Source of the DNA: Eledone cirrhosa
Lineage: Eukaryota
Assembly: GCA_964016885.1 (NCBI GenBank)
Contig: OZ024740.1
Location: 44,330,001 to 44,394,000, forward strand
Length of the DNA: 64,000 nucleotides
Direction of reading: 5' to 3'
Of this stretch, positions 39,151 through 50,500 are shown piece after piece. The notes below the pieces were generated by a model. It was given only the letters and a program-made list of their open reading frames with translations, did not search any database and was not told the DNA's origin. A program made the translations under genes and the position numbers. Each line of letters starts with the position of its first letter. Position 1 is the stretch's first letter.

Positions 39151-40550
39151 ACGAAGGAGTTGTGGTAAGGAACCAGATGGACTATAGCGCATCAGAGTAC
39201 TCAATACTTAGGGTAGTAGAGTGGGTTATAGGAAAATGTATGACCCCGACAACAGAGCTCAAGCCGTTTCGACAGCTATTTCTGGACTAAATTAGAATTT
39301 TTAGCGAAACCCGGCCCGGCAACATGCCACTACACTTTCGGGCCATCTCTGGGACCTCCAAGATAATAACATAACATACAATCTTACTTGGAGCTTACTG
39401 TCCAGGGCTAACTCCTACACGGGAGGACGCCGTCTGTGTAACTTATGCTCAGAGGAAACATTACAAATCCTGTTTACGAAGAACCAACTCCTAAACAAAA
39501 AAGACGAACTGGTAACTGCATGCAAACACCGATTGCATAGGACTTACCTTGCCCTCAAACCCCCTAATGACCCAGGTGGGTAGACAATGGCTGCAACATC
39601 CTCCTTTTCCCCACTTGCCGAACAAGATAGGGGAAACCCCAGCTAACATAGGTAGATGTACCTCTTTTCTTTTCCTTTCTATTTTCTTCTTCCCTTTGTC
39701 TCTTCCTATCACTTCCTTCCACTCCCTATCCTCTTCCTTTTCCTTTTTCCCCTTTTGCCTACCCCAAGGCAGCCCGTCGGGCCTCTGTAGCACGAGTAAC
39801 TTAAAGATAGCATTGGCCGAATACGCAATATCAACTAATTATAGCAGCTGTTTTAGACCCCAGAGATTTTGTATTACTTTTTACTACCCAATTCTATAAT
39901 TTCAAAAATTGTTTTATTTATTTAGTATCCTCTATTCTCAACTTATTAACCTATTCTATAGCATTGGCCGAAAACGCAATACCAACTAATATAGCAGCTG
40001 TTTTAGACTCTACAGTTTTTTTTATCACTTATGCAATTTTATATTTTTATATATGTTTTTCTTATTTATTTATTATCTCCTAATCTCAATTGATTTACCT
40101 ATTCTATAATGTCCCCTCTCTATTTTCTCAGAATCCTTTTTGCCTACTTCCTCCAGCCTAGTTTCATACACACTGCTTAGAATTTGCTGTATAGATTTCA
40201 CTTTCAATGCTTGACCGGCTCCACCCACTCCCTCATTGTTCTACAGGCAAGTTCAGCCACCCCCACCTATCACCCACTGCCATGATAGACTTAATTGTGT
40301 TTACAAGAAATTTTGACCAATCCTCTTGACAACTACAATTTTCCCATATAAGGAATTACCCTTTGAAAAGTTCCGCTATTTATTTACCATGCTAAAAATT
40401 CTAATTTAGTCCAGAAATAGTCATCGAAACGGCTTGAGCTCTGCCGTCGGGGTCATACAATTTCCTAACCATGCACATCCCGAGCTGAAGATCTGCTAAG
40501 GTGAAATAATTGTTCTCGGTATGGTGAACTAACTGTTGTGTAACCACTTC
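39151..40550 (+). mobile_element. 5'-truncated Penelope-like element (Neptune-type GIY-YIG C-terminus) with an inverted pLTR piece, between (TA)n tracts
   Basis: About 39310-39535 translates as HATTLSGHLWDLQDNNITYNLTWSLLSRANSYTGGRRLCNLCSEETLQIL..LLNKK/ELVTACKHR (one frameshift). 39224-39305 is inverted at 40391-40470. 151-bp internal direct repeat at 39808/39959. Confidence 0.8.
40480..40519 (+). ncRNA. Type I hammerhead-like motif near the 3' end of the PLE
   Basis: ccgag-CTGAAGA-tctgctaaggt-GAAA-t-aatt-GTT-ctcgg. Stem I 5 bp, palindromic loop III, weakened stem II. Confidence 0.65.
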
Positions 40551-40597
<47 letters not shown>

Positions 40598-40688
40598 ATG
40601 TGGGCATGTGTGTATGTATGTATTTGTTTGTTTTACAAGATTATGGATGTGATATATTGTGTTAAAACAGATATTGCTATATATATAT

Positions 40689-40770
40689 ATATATAAGTTA
40701 AAACAATGAAATAAAAAATCAAACCATTAGAGATATACTTGATTTTTTATTTCATTGTTTTAACTTATAT
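40689..40770. repeat. AT-rich hairpin of about 32 bp after (TA)n
   Basis: atataagttaaaacaatgaaataaaaaatcaa pairs with ttgattttttatttcattgttttaacttatat. Confidence 0.85.
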
Positions 40771-40918
40771 CATGACTCTGTTTCCCTTTTAATGTTTTAT
40801 TGTTTTCCGAGATTTATCTTAACCTAGAACATTTTCAACATATGGATTACATCGAGTTCTTCATGCAGAATAGACCCCACAACTTACTGTGGATACCTCT
40901 GTGTATATATATATATAT

Positions 40919-41428
40919 ATATTGTTATACTTTGGGAGGGTCATGTTGCCAATAAGAAACACACGCACCAGTTGCTGTCACTTCAATTTATTATAATTTA
41001 AATTATAAATTTAAAAATGTTTAAATTTAAAAAATTTCATAAATTTAAAAATTTTTTTAAATTTATAAATTTCCGGTTGGTTGGTTGGTTGGTTCCACAA
41101 CCGGACTGTTGTTCATATATTGTCAAAGTTCTTTCGTCACACATTCTGTGACCTCATCAATGACGGGATTCTTTTCTTTGTTTTGCGCCTCTCCTTTGTT
41201 CTGTCCTACGCCATCTTGTTTTTGTGTGTGATGAGGTCACAGAATGTGTGACGAAAGAACTTTGACACTATATGAACAACAGTCCGGTTGTGGAACCAGC
41301 CAACCAACCGAAAATTTATAAATTTAAAAAAAATTATTATTTTTAATTTAATTTATAATAAATTGAAGTGAAACAACTGGTGCGTGTGTTTCTTATGGCC
41401 ACATGACCTTCCCAAAGTATAACAATAT
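40919..41428. mobile_element. Fold-back element (arms about 200-240 bp) in (TA)n, PLE pLTR-like
   Basis: 40919-41159 is inverted at 41229-41428 with a spacer of about 70 bp. Hammerhead motif at the inner end of each arm. Confidence 0.75.
41122..41164 (-). ncRNA. Minimal type I hammerhead (C3U variant)
   Basis: gtca-TTGATGA-g-GTCACA-gaatg-TGTGAC-GAAA-G-aa-CTT-tgac. Truncated mirror copy at 41229-41266 on the plus strand. Confidence 0.72.
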
Positions 41429-41824
41429 CGGTTTCAACACACGTTTTCAGATAAAGAATCTTGCTAAACAAATTCAGGAACGAAATATATATATATATAT
41501 AAATATATATAAATTCACACATTTCTGTATTTGTTTTGCAATGTATGTTGAAATAGATATTACTATATTTGTAGTTGGTTGTTTTGTCAATTTTGCCAAC
41601 AAAAACACATAGAAAGACACAATAGAGTAAATAGATTAATAAACAAGGAGACAGAGAAAAACAAATAGTCATTGAGATAGAATATATGATGAAAGCTCTT
41701 TTATGAACTAATTAATAACTAATAATAAAGCTGAAATGAAAATCAAATACTGTATTTGTTTTTACTGGCAAAATTATGAAAATGACCATCTCCAAATATT
41801 AACAATAATTTTGCATTTATTTAC

Positions 41825-41906
41825 CTGCCAATTTCTTCAAGAATATAATAGTAGTTTTCTACTGGAGATTCACAGAAGAGGATATAGCTTGGAACTGGAG
41901 TAGAGT
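41825..41906 (-). CDS. unc-89: Obscurin/UNC-89-like exon, start of kinase 1 (..ENYYYILEEIGR)
   Basis: Acceptor ctattacag, donor gtaaat, 82 bp, phase 1-2. Completes the Gly-rich loop IGRGRHG with the next exon. Confidence 0.88.
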
Positions 41907-42015
41907 CTGTAATAGGAGGTTAAGTGTTTAAGTCAGGTTTAGTTGTACAAAAAACAAATTTGTATAGTTGAGTTTTGTGACATGTTCAATTTTTTTTTTT
42001 TAAATTAATATCATC

Positions 42016-42372
42016 ACTCCTCCACCATCCATCTACCAACACCACCACTGCCACCAACACCACTGTCACCACCACCACCACCACTATTACCATCACCACC
42101 ACTACCACCACCACCACCACTATCACCATCACTACTACCACCAACACCAATACCACCACCACCACCACCACCACCATCACCACCACTATTACCATCACTA
42201 CTACCACCAACACCGCTACCACCACCACCACCACCACCATCACCACCACCACCACAAACACCACGAACACTACGAACACCACCACCACCACCACCACTAT
42301 CACCATCACTACTACTACCAACACCGCTATGACCACCGCCACCACCATCACCACCACCATCACCACCACCAT
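42016..42372. repeat. Degenerate (CAC)n microsatellite
   Basis: Visible in sequence. Confidence 0.9.
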
Positions 42373-43056
42373 CTAGAAACTATGTTTCTATTGGTCTATT
42401 CATTGCTGATATTATTGTTAATGTTTGCCTGTTGCAGCTCCTATCAGATTTCCTGGAGCCAGGAAGTGAGATTTGAACTGTAAATAGGAACAGATACTAC
42501 AAAACATTTTATTTGATTCTTTAATAGTTCTGCCTAACCCTCACCCTTGGACTAGTATTTCATTTAACAACCCTGAATGGCTGCTAAGGGAAGTTGACCT
42601 CAGTCGGATTTCAACTCAGGGCATGGAGGAGAAGACAATGACGGTGACAGTGCCTCTGCTGCTGACGACGATGACCACCACCACCACAATCAAAATCATC
42701 TAACATATGGTTTCCTTGCTCGCAAGGGTTAAGTGGATCATCATAGACTTAGTCTGTACTGAAGCAGGCTACTGGTCTCTCAGATGGGCTGAGTCTTACA
42801 TTTTCCTTGAATACATTCCTGCACTTTGCTGTAGAGAGCATTTTATTGTGACATTAACTCTAGAAAAGTTGTTATATTTTCCACACAGCTGAAGTATCCT
42901 GCTGACCCTTTGTTTCCCAGATTTTCTATGACTAGAAAACCCTTTCTATCACCAAACCATTTACAGAGTGTACTGAGTGCATTTACTGTGTAGATCACCA
43001 GCATTGAGCAGGTTTTCATGTCTATGACACAACTGAAGTTTCCTCCTGTCTGAACA

Positions 43057-43446
43057 AATAATTGTTTCTACTTTTGGCACAAGGCCAGCAATTATCCCAG
43101 TATTTTACTGGTGCTTTATTTTATTGACCCCATAAGGATGAAAGACAATGTTAACCTCGTGGGATTTGAACTCAAACCGTAAAGGGCCATAACTCTATGC
43201 TGCAAAGCATAGCGTCTGACCCTCTACGATACTGCCAATCCACTGCCCTGAACAAATAATGTTTTCTACTTTTAGCACAAGGCCAGCAATTACCCCAGTG
43301 CATTACTGGTGCTTTATTTTATTGACCCCGTAAGGATGAAAGGCAAAGTTAACCTTGGTGGGATTTGAACTCAAACCATAAAGGGCCGTAACTATGCTGC
43401 AGAGCATAGCGTCTGACTCTCTACCGATACTGCCAATCCACCGCCC
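43057..43446 (-). mobile_element. Head-to-tail dimer of SINE family A
   Basis: Two full copies. ctgaacaaataat occurs before, between and after them. Confidence 0.88.
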
Positions 43447-44180
43447 TGAACAAATAATGAGGCATTTAATCTAACACATTAACACATCTACTAATTTGTC
43501 ACCTATACAAATCTAGCTGGAAAGTTAAACAAAGGTGAACATCTAGTGAGAATGAAACCAATCCTAGTTATTTCTCATTTATTCATCCCACTTATTTCAT
43601 AGGAATATTTTTTTTTCTTAAATTTGAAACCTTATTAATACAATCCATTAGCTGTTGGCATTAAATGGTGTTTTCAATGTTATGATTGCTGTTTATATTT
43701 GTAATTTTATTTATCATCTATTTATTTATTTATTCAGCTATTTTTTTAAGTTATCATTATTAAATGAATTATTTGTATGCGGAGTTGTGTTGTCATGTCT
43801 TCTCTGAAAGTCAGTCGCAATGTTTGTGGTGCATTGTTTTTTTAATTACTAATAACTGTCATTCATTTCCACATTTAGCTGACAAGTGTAGTTTTCTTTT
43901 TTTGGGGGGAGGGGGGGAGGGGGGGGGGATATTAAAATGACTTAATTAATTTTGCAAAGCCGCAATAGCCTGCTAATGTTCTTATATTTATATTGTGTCA
44001 AATAGAACTACTGAATTCTTAGAAATGCAGGCGTAGGGCAGAAGTAAACACCAGCATTAAATGACATTAGTGAAACCTTTATAGTTATTATGCAACAACA
44101 ATAAATAGAATTATACCTACAAATAAGACAATATTTGAAATATGTTGTGCTTCAATATATCTTCCATTATTATATATGTC

Positions 44181-44372
44181 AGGGCGGTGGATTCGGAGTA
44201 TCGGTAGAGGGTCGGACGCCATGCTTTACAGCACAGTTACGTCCCTTTACGGACTGAGTTCAAATCCCGCCGAGGTTAACTTTGCCTTTCATCCTTACGG
44301 GGTCGATAAAATAAAGTACCAGTAATACCCTGGGATAATTGCTGGCCTTGTGCCAAAAGTAGAAACAATTAT
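44181..44372 (+). mobile_element. tRNA-derived SINE family A
   Basis: Full copy. TSD attattatatatgtc. Confidence 0.88.
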
Positions 44373-44876
44373 TATATATGTCTATTGTGGATAAAATATG
44401 GACAATGACAAAAGAAGAGACAAAAGAGGAGACAAAAGATTTTAAAAGGGTCTGGATTGCCTAGATTAACCCTTTTAACACTCTGAAATGAGTACCAGGT
44501 TTAATGATACTAAGCTATGTATTATAAAGTGTATATCTATAAACTTCCATAATAATTTTATCAAAGAATCTTTAAGTTATGCTCCAAACACCAACTAAAT
44601 AATGAAAATGTTTTAAAATGACTTGAAAATAATAGGCAGTATATTTTTAAAATTAAAGCAAATGACCCAGAGCTTTGTTGGTTCATATTTTATTTTATTT
44701 TATTTTATTTTATTTTATTTTATTTTAGAGAGAGAGGGGGTGTGTGTGGGGGGGAGGGGGAGGGTGCGTGTGCATGTTTCTGTGTATGGATCAGAGGTGA
44801 ACTGGGACTAAACAACAAAATTAACAATATCAACAAGCAATAGGTTAAATTTCTTTTACACTAAAAACAAACTTAC

Positions 44877-45158
44877 CGGACACTTCTACCTCAGCTGTTG
44901 TCACAGTTTTCCCTCCTTCATTTTCAGCAATGCATTCATAAGTTCCACAATCATTGATAGCAGCATCATCAAAGACTAAAGTCCATTGCCCTGGTGATTC
45001 ATACTGAATTTGTACTCGAGATGTTTCTACAAGAGGTTGTCTATTCTTTAACCAATATACACATGGGTATGGAATACCATCAATGTGACAATGCAAAGAA
45101 CCACTGCTACCACTTAATAAAAAGATGTCTTGCAATGGTTTTATAATAGTTGGTGGTT
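44877..45158 (-). CDS. unc-89: Obscurin/UNC-89-like exon, Ig I-set domain
   Basis: EPPTIIKPLQD..LHCHIDGIPYPCVYWLKN..DCGTYECIAENEGG. Acceptor cttttag, donor gtaagt, 282 bp, phase 1-1. Confidence 0.92.
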
Positions 45159-45493
45159 CTAAAAGAAAAAAGACAAAATTATCAGTTGGGAATATTATCT
45201 ATTAACATCCTGTATTAATTTAACAAAAATATATAAAAATAGGTTTGTTAATTCAAATGTTTATAGTATCTTTACTAATCGATCTTTATATAAATTAATA
45301 GTACAGTATCTTTACTAATGGATCTTTATATAAATTAATAGTACAAGAGGAAAGACTTAATTTTTTATGTGATGTCATCATAGTGTTGTTTTATACTTCT
45401 CAAGACTGTCTTGTTCCTGTGGTTTTATGTGGTACAGGACATAAAGAGTTAAGAAAGATATTAACAAAGAAAAAGTAAAGTTTCTTTAAAGGA

Positions 45494-45687
45494 AATAATT
45501 GTTTCTACTTTTTGGCACAAGGCCAGCAATTATCCCAGTGTATTACTGGTACTTTATTTTATCGACCCTGTAAGGGTGAAAGGCAAAGTTAACCTTGGCG
45601 GGATTTGAACTCAGACCATAAAGGGCCGTAACTCTTTGCTGCAAAGCATGGCGTCCGACCCTCTATCGATACTGCCAATCCACAGCC
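45494..45687 (-). mobile_element. tRNA-derived SINE family A
   Basis: Full copy. TSD ctttaaaggaaat. Confidence 0.88.
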
Positions 45688-45698
45688 CTTTAAAGGAA

Positions 45699-46041
45699 AT
45701 CATTTCATTTTCATTTCATTTTACGTCCACTTTTTCCCTGCTTGCAAGGGTGGGACAGGAACTGATTCTGGCTTGATTTCTACAGCTGGATGCCCTTCCT
45801 AACACCAACCTCATTTACAGTGAGTGCTGGGTGCTTTTTTGCCGTGGCACCTCCACGACCACTTTGCAGTGGAATGATAGGGACCGCAGTCCCTATCATC
45901 TCATTTCTACAGCAGAGTAAACTGGAGCAATGTGAAATAAAGTGTCTTGCTCAAGGAAACAACACATCACCCGGTCTGAGAATTGAACTCACAACCTTTC
46001 GATTGCAAAGCCAATGCTCTAACCACTAAGCCATGTGCCTC
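45699..46041 (-). mobile_element. SINE family B, full length
   Basis: Reverse complement of the 33009-33388 family. (GAAAT)n-type tail. Confidence 0.85.
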
Positions 46042-46125
46042 AAACCACTAAGCCATGTGCCTCAAATAATGATCACAATTCTACTGTAGTATGCTTCTAA
46101 TGAATATAGTGAGTTATATATTTTA

Positions 46126-46973
46126 CTAGCTGAATTACCCGCCATTTCCCGGGTTACTGCTGTTCTTATTCAGATTAGTAAACAATAAATATGAAGATAT
46201 GCTTTTTTTCTCATAATTATTTCAAAATATCTATATTTTATATTTTTAAATATCAAAATTGTAATGATAATAGAACTTAGAAATGAAAATCTGTCAATCT
46301 TGAAGCACCTTAGGGTAAACAATATTCATTGTGTAATTTTTTGTTGGTGTTCAAATGAATAAATTGTTGCTACACACTTCCACACATACACTCTCACATA
46401 CATATACTAAGACAGACACACACAGACATACATTCATGCAGACACACGCATAGCTTTTCACCTCATTTATTTGACAGTCGCTACACCAAATGAAAATAAG
46501 AATTATCACACATACACTCATACACACATACACTCACACACACACACATACATTCACGCACACCTGTCTGTAATCACACATGTATCTGTATGTGTGGATG
46601 TGTGTGTGTGTTTAATTGTCTGTGTGTGAAGATAATATGTATGCAACTTACTAAGGCTATATATATGTGTAGATGTGTGTGTATGTTTAATTTTCTGAGG
46701 CCTAACATACACAACGAGCTCGCAAACGCACACACACTCATATACAAAATATGATGGTCATCATCATAATCGTGGTGGTGGTTTACTATAGTTCACTATA
46801 GAAATATTATTTTAGATAAAATGTCATATTGTTTTAATCCAAATGAATATAAATATTACATGTTGACACTCCTGGGGTCTAATAGTATTACCTTGTAAAA
46901 TTTGATTTGATTTGGTCCAGCCATTTGAGAATGCAAAGGAACAGACAGACAAATAATTTTATATAGAGAGAGA
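46126..46973 (-). mobile_element. Non-autonomous Helitron
   Basis: Minus strand A|TCtctctctatataaaa..acccg-ggaaatgg-cgggt hairpin-aattcag-CTAG|T. No TSD. Internal CA/GT repeats. Confidence 0.75.
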
Positions 46974-47534
46974 TATCACAACTGGTAAATAACAGCTTTG
47001 TTATAAAGATGTTTATGTGTTGGACTTCTACTGGGTATGGCGACACATGTTCCAGTTGTTCAAACAACCTGCTCATAGAATTAACATTCAATTTGGTTGA
47101 CCATTCTACAAATATGAGCACTCTTAACCTAGTTCTAAAGGAGATTTTGTGTGACACAGAGTATAACAAGGCAGGCTCTTCGAATTACAGTTACAATGCA
47201 TTTATGCTAGCTGAATGAATTGGAACATCATGAAATAATGTGTCTTGTTCAAGGATACAACACACTACCAGAAATTGAACTTACTACCTCCTTATGATCT
47301 TAAAATGAACATGCTAACTACTAAACTGTGTGTTTTCACTAAGATAAATATGAATCCATATATAATATGGTGTTTACATGTAATAGATATATATTTAGAG
47401 GTTAGGGGGTGTTTATGTCTATGAAACCACAAATAATGCAGAAATGAGTCAAACTGTTGACTTAAAAATTCTAGATTTCCACAGCAGGTGTTGATCAGCT
47501 TTTATGTTCATTTGTACACACACCTATAAATACA

Positions 47535-47570
<36 letters not shown>

Positions 47571-47571
<1 letters not shown>

Positions 47572-50500
47572 CTGATCACCTATAGATCCGGGGAACACAC
47601 AAGCCAGGTAGATTATATCCTTACCAGAAGACGTGACAGAATGTCTGTTGTAAACACTAAATCCCTCCCCCATGAAGAATGCACCTCCCAACATAGACTG
47701 ATAATTAGCGACCTCATAGTCAGGACGAGACGTACTCGACAGCAGAAGAGGACTATCCTCAGGAGAAAAATATGGAAGCTAAAGGACCCCACAGCCAAAA
47801 ATAAATTCCAAAACATATTACTTGATGCTTTCGACAGTAAGGAAGAACATTTAGAGTCGGACAATATAGAGGGACAGTGGGAATTTCTGAAAGCAAACCT
47901 GCTGTTGGCGACAGACGAAGTCTGTGGCTGGAGCAGGCCTGTAGGCAGGAGGAGAGTAACATGGTGGTGGAACAGTAAGGTGGAGGGGTCAATTAAGGCC
48001 AAAAAGCAGGCTTGGAAAGTATGGCGGGATGGGGGAAGTAGAGTAGACTATCAAGTGGCCAGGAGGGAAGCTAGGAGAGAAGTGTACTTAGCAAGAAGGG
48101 AAGCTGAGGAAAGAAAGTTCAAGCATGTTCTACAACGCGATGACCAAAAACGTGAGGTGTTCAGGATTGCTAGGCAATGCGTCAAGGAAAACCGTGATAT
48201 TGTCGGGGAGAAGTGTGTACTTAACGATGATGGCATACTTGCCATCACCGACACTGATAAGAAGGTAGCTTGGAAGTGTCACTATGAAAGGCTACTAAAT
48301 GAGGAGAATAAATGGGAGAAAGACAGTCTCCCCCATATCGACCCAATAGAGGGACCAGCAGTGTCAGTCGAGGGGAGTATAATAAGTAAGGCAATCAAGG
48401 ATATGAAGACGGGTAAGGCGGCTGGGCCTTCGGAAATAGTTGCTGAGATGCTGAAGGCATCTGGCACGGTGGGACACACCATGGTCACTCGCATAGTTAA
48501 CCAAGTCGTACAGAATGGGGTTGTTCCGAAGGACTGGCATAGCAGCATCATCGTTAACTGTTATAAGGGTAAAGGAGACGCCCTAGATAGGAGTAACTAT
48601 AGAGGCATTAAATTAATCGACCAGGTCATGAAGGTCACGGAAAAAGTAATAGCGCAACTAATCAGAGAGAGAATTGACCTAGATGAAATGCAGTTCGGGT
48701 TTGTGTCAGGCAAAAGCACCACAGACGCTCTTTTCATAGTACGACAACTACAGGAGAAGTTCCTAGCTAAAGGTAAACCCCTCTACTTAGCTTTTGTCGA
48801 CTTGGAGAAAGCCTTCGACAGAGTCCCCCGCTCCATTATCTGGTGAGCTCTTAGAAAACTAGGCGTTGACGAATGGCTTGTGAGGGCTATACAAGCCATG
48901 TATAAAGAAACAGTCAGCAAGGTTAGAATTAACAACGAATATAGTGAAGAGTTTAGCGTAAAAGTTGGCGTCCATCAGGGCTCTGTTCTCAGCCCCCTAC
49001 TATTTATTATTGCCCTTCAGGCTATAACAGAGGAGTTCAAGACAGGCTGCCCATGGGAACTCCTATACGCAGACGACCTGACACTCATAGCGGAATCAAT
49101 GGCCGAGCTAGAGAAGAAATTCCAAACATGGAAGCACGGCCTAGAGTCAAAAGGACTTAAAATTAACCTGGCTAAGACCAAAGTTCTAGTTTGTAGGAAA
49201 GAAAACAAGGCGGTGGTCCCTTCTGGGAAATGGTCGTGCTCGGTGTGTAGGAAAGGCGTAGGTAGAAACTCCATTTTATGTCCTAAATGCAGAGTATGGG
49301 TGCATAAAAGATGTAGTGGGATCACAGGTAAGCTAACTAAGAACATAGATTTTACATGTGGCCGGTGTTCTGGTGCAATAAGTAGCAGCAAGTGCCCACA
49401 AAATACTAGCTCTTTCAATTGCGCAGAGGGTTACGCTCTTTTCATTGTACGACAACTACAGGAGAAGTACCTAGCTAAAAGTAAACCCCTATACTTAGCT
49501 TTCGTCGACTTGGAGAAAGCCTTCGACAGAGTCCCCCGTTCCATTATCTGGTGGTCTCTTAGAAAACTAGGTGTTGACGAATGGCTTGTGAGAGCTATAC
49601 AAGCCATGTATAAAGAAACAGTCAGTAAGGTTAGAATTAACAACGAATATAGTGAAGAGTTTAGCGTAAAAGTTGGTGTCCATCAGGGCTCTGTTCTTAG
49701 CCCCCTACTATTTATTATTGCCCTTCAGGCTATAACAGAGGAGTTCAAGACTGGCTGCCCATGGGAACTCCTATACGCAGATGATCTAACGCTCATAGCT
49801 GAATCAATGACCGAACTATAGAAGAAATTCCAAACATGGAAGCACGGCCTAGAATCAAAAGGCCTTAAAATTAACCTGGCTAAGACTAAAGTTCTAGTTT
49901 GTAGGAAAGAAAATAAGGCGGCGGTTCCATCTGGGAAATGGCCATGCTCAGTGTGTAGGAAAGGCGTAGGTAGAAACTCCATTTTATGTCCCAAATGCAA
50001 AGTATGGGTGCATAAAAGATGTAGTGGGATCACAGGTAAGCTAACTAAGAACATAGATTTTACATGTGGCCGGTGCTCTGGTGCAATAAGTAGCAGCAAG
50101 TGCCCACAAAATACTAGCTCCTTCAACTGCGCAGAGGGTTCTATAGAAATAGTGGACAGCTTCCGTTATCTGGGTGACAAAATCAGCAGTGGGGGAGGGT
50201 GCTCTGAAAGTACAGTAGCTAGAGTCAGAACTGGATGGAAAAAGTTCAGAGAGCTTATACCACTATTAGCCGCTAGAGGGTTCTCCCTAAAAATGAAAGG
50301 CAGGTTATACGATGCCTGCATACGAACAGCAATGCTGCATGGCAGTGAGACCTGGGCATTGTGTGCAGAGGATATATGCAGACTAGAGAGGAACGAAGCT
50401 TGCATGCTCTGCTGGATGTGCAATAGTAATATACGTGAACGGCAAAGCATAAACGAACTAAGGAAAAAATTAGAAATAAGAGGGATCAGATGTTGTTTAC

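Noticed and set aside
43903-43928. G-run as a functional G-quadruplex
   Set aside because: Simple homopolymer in an intron with no supporting context, and prone to sequencing error.
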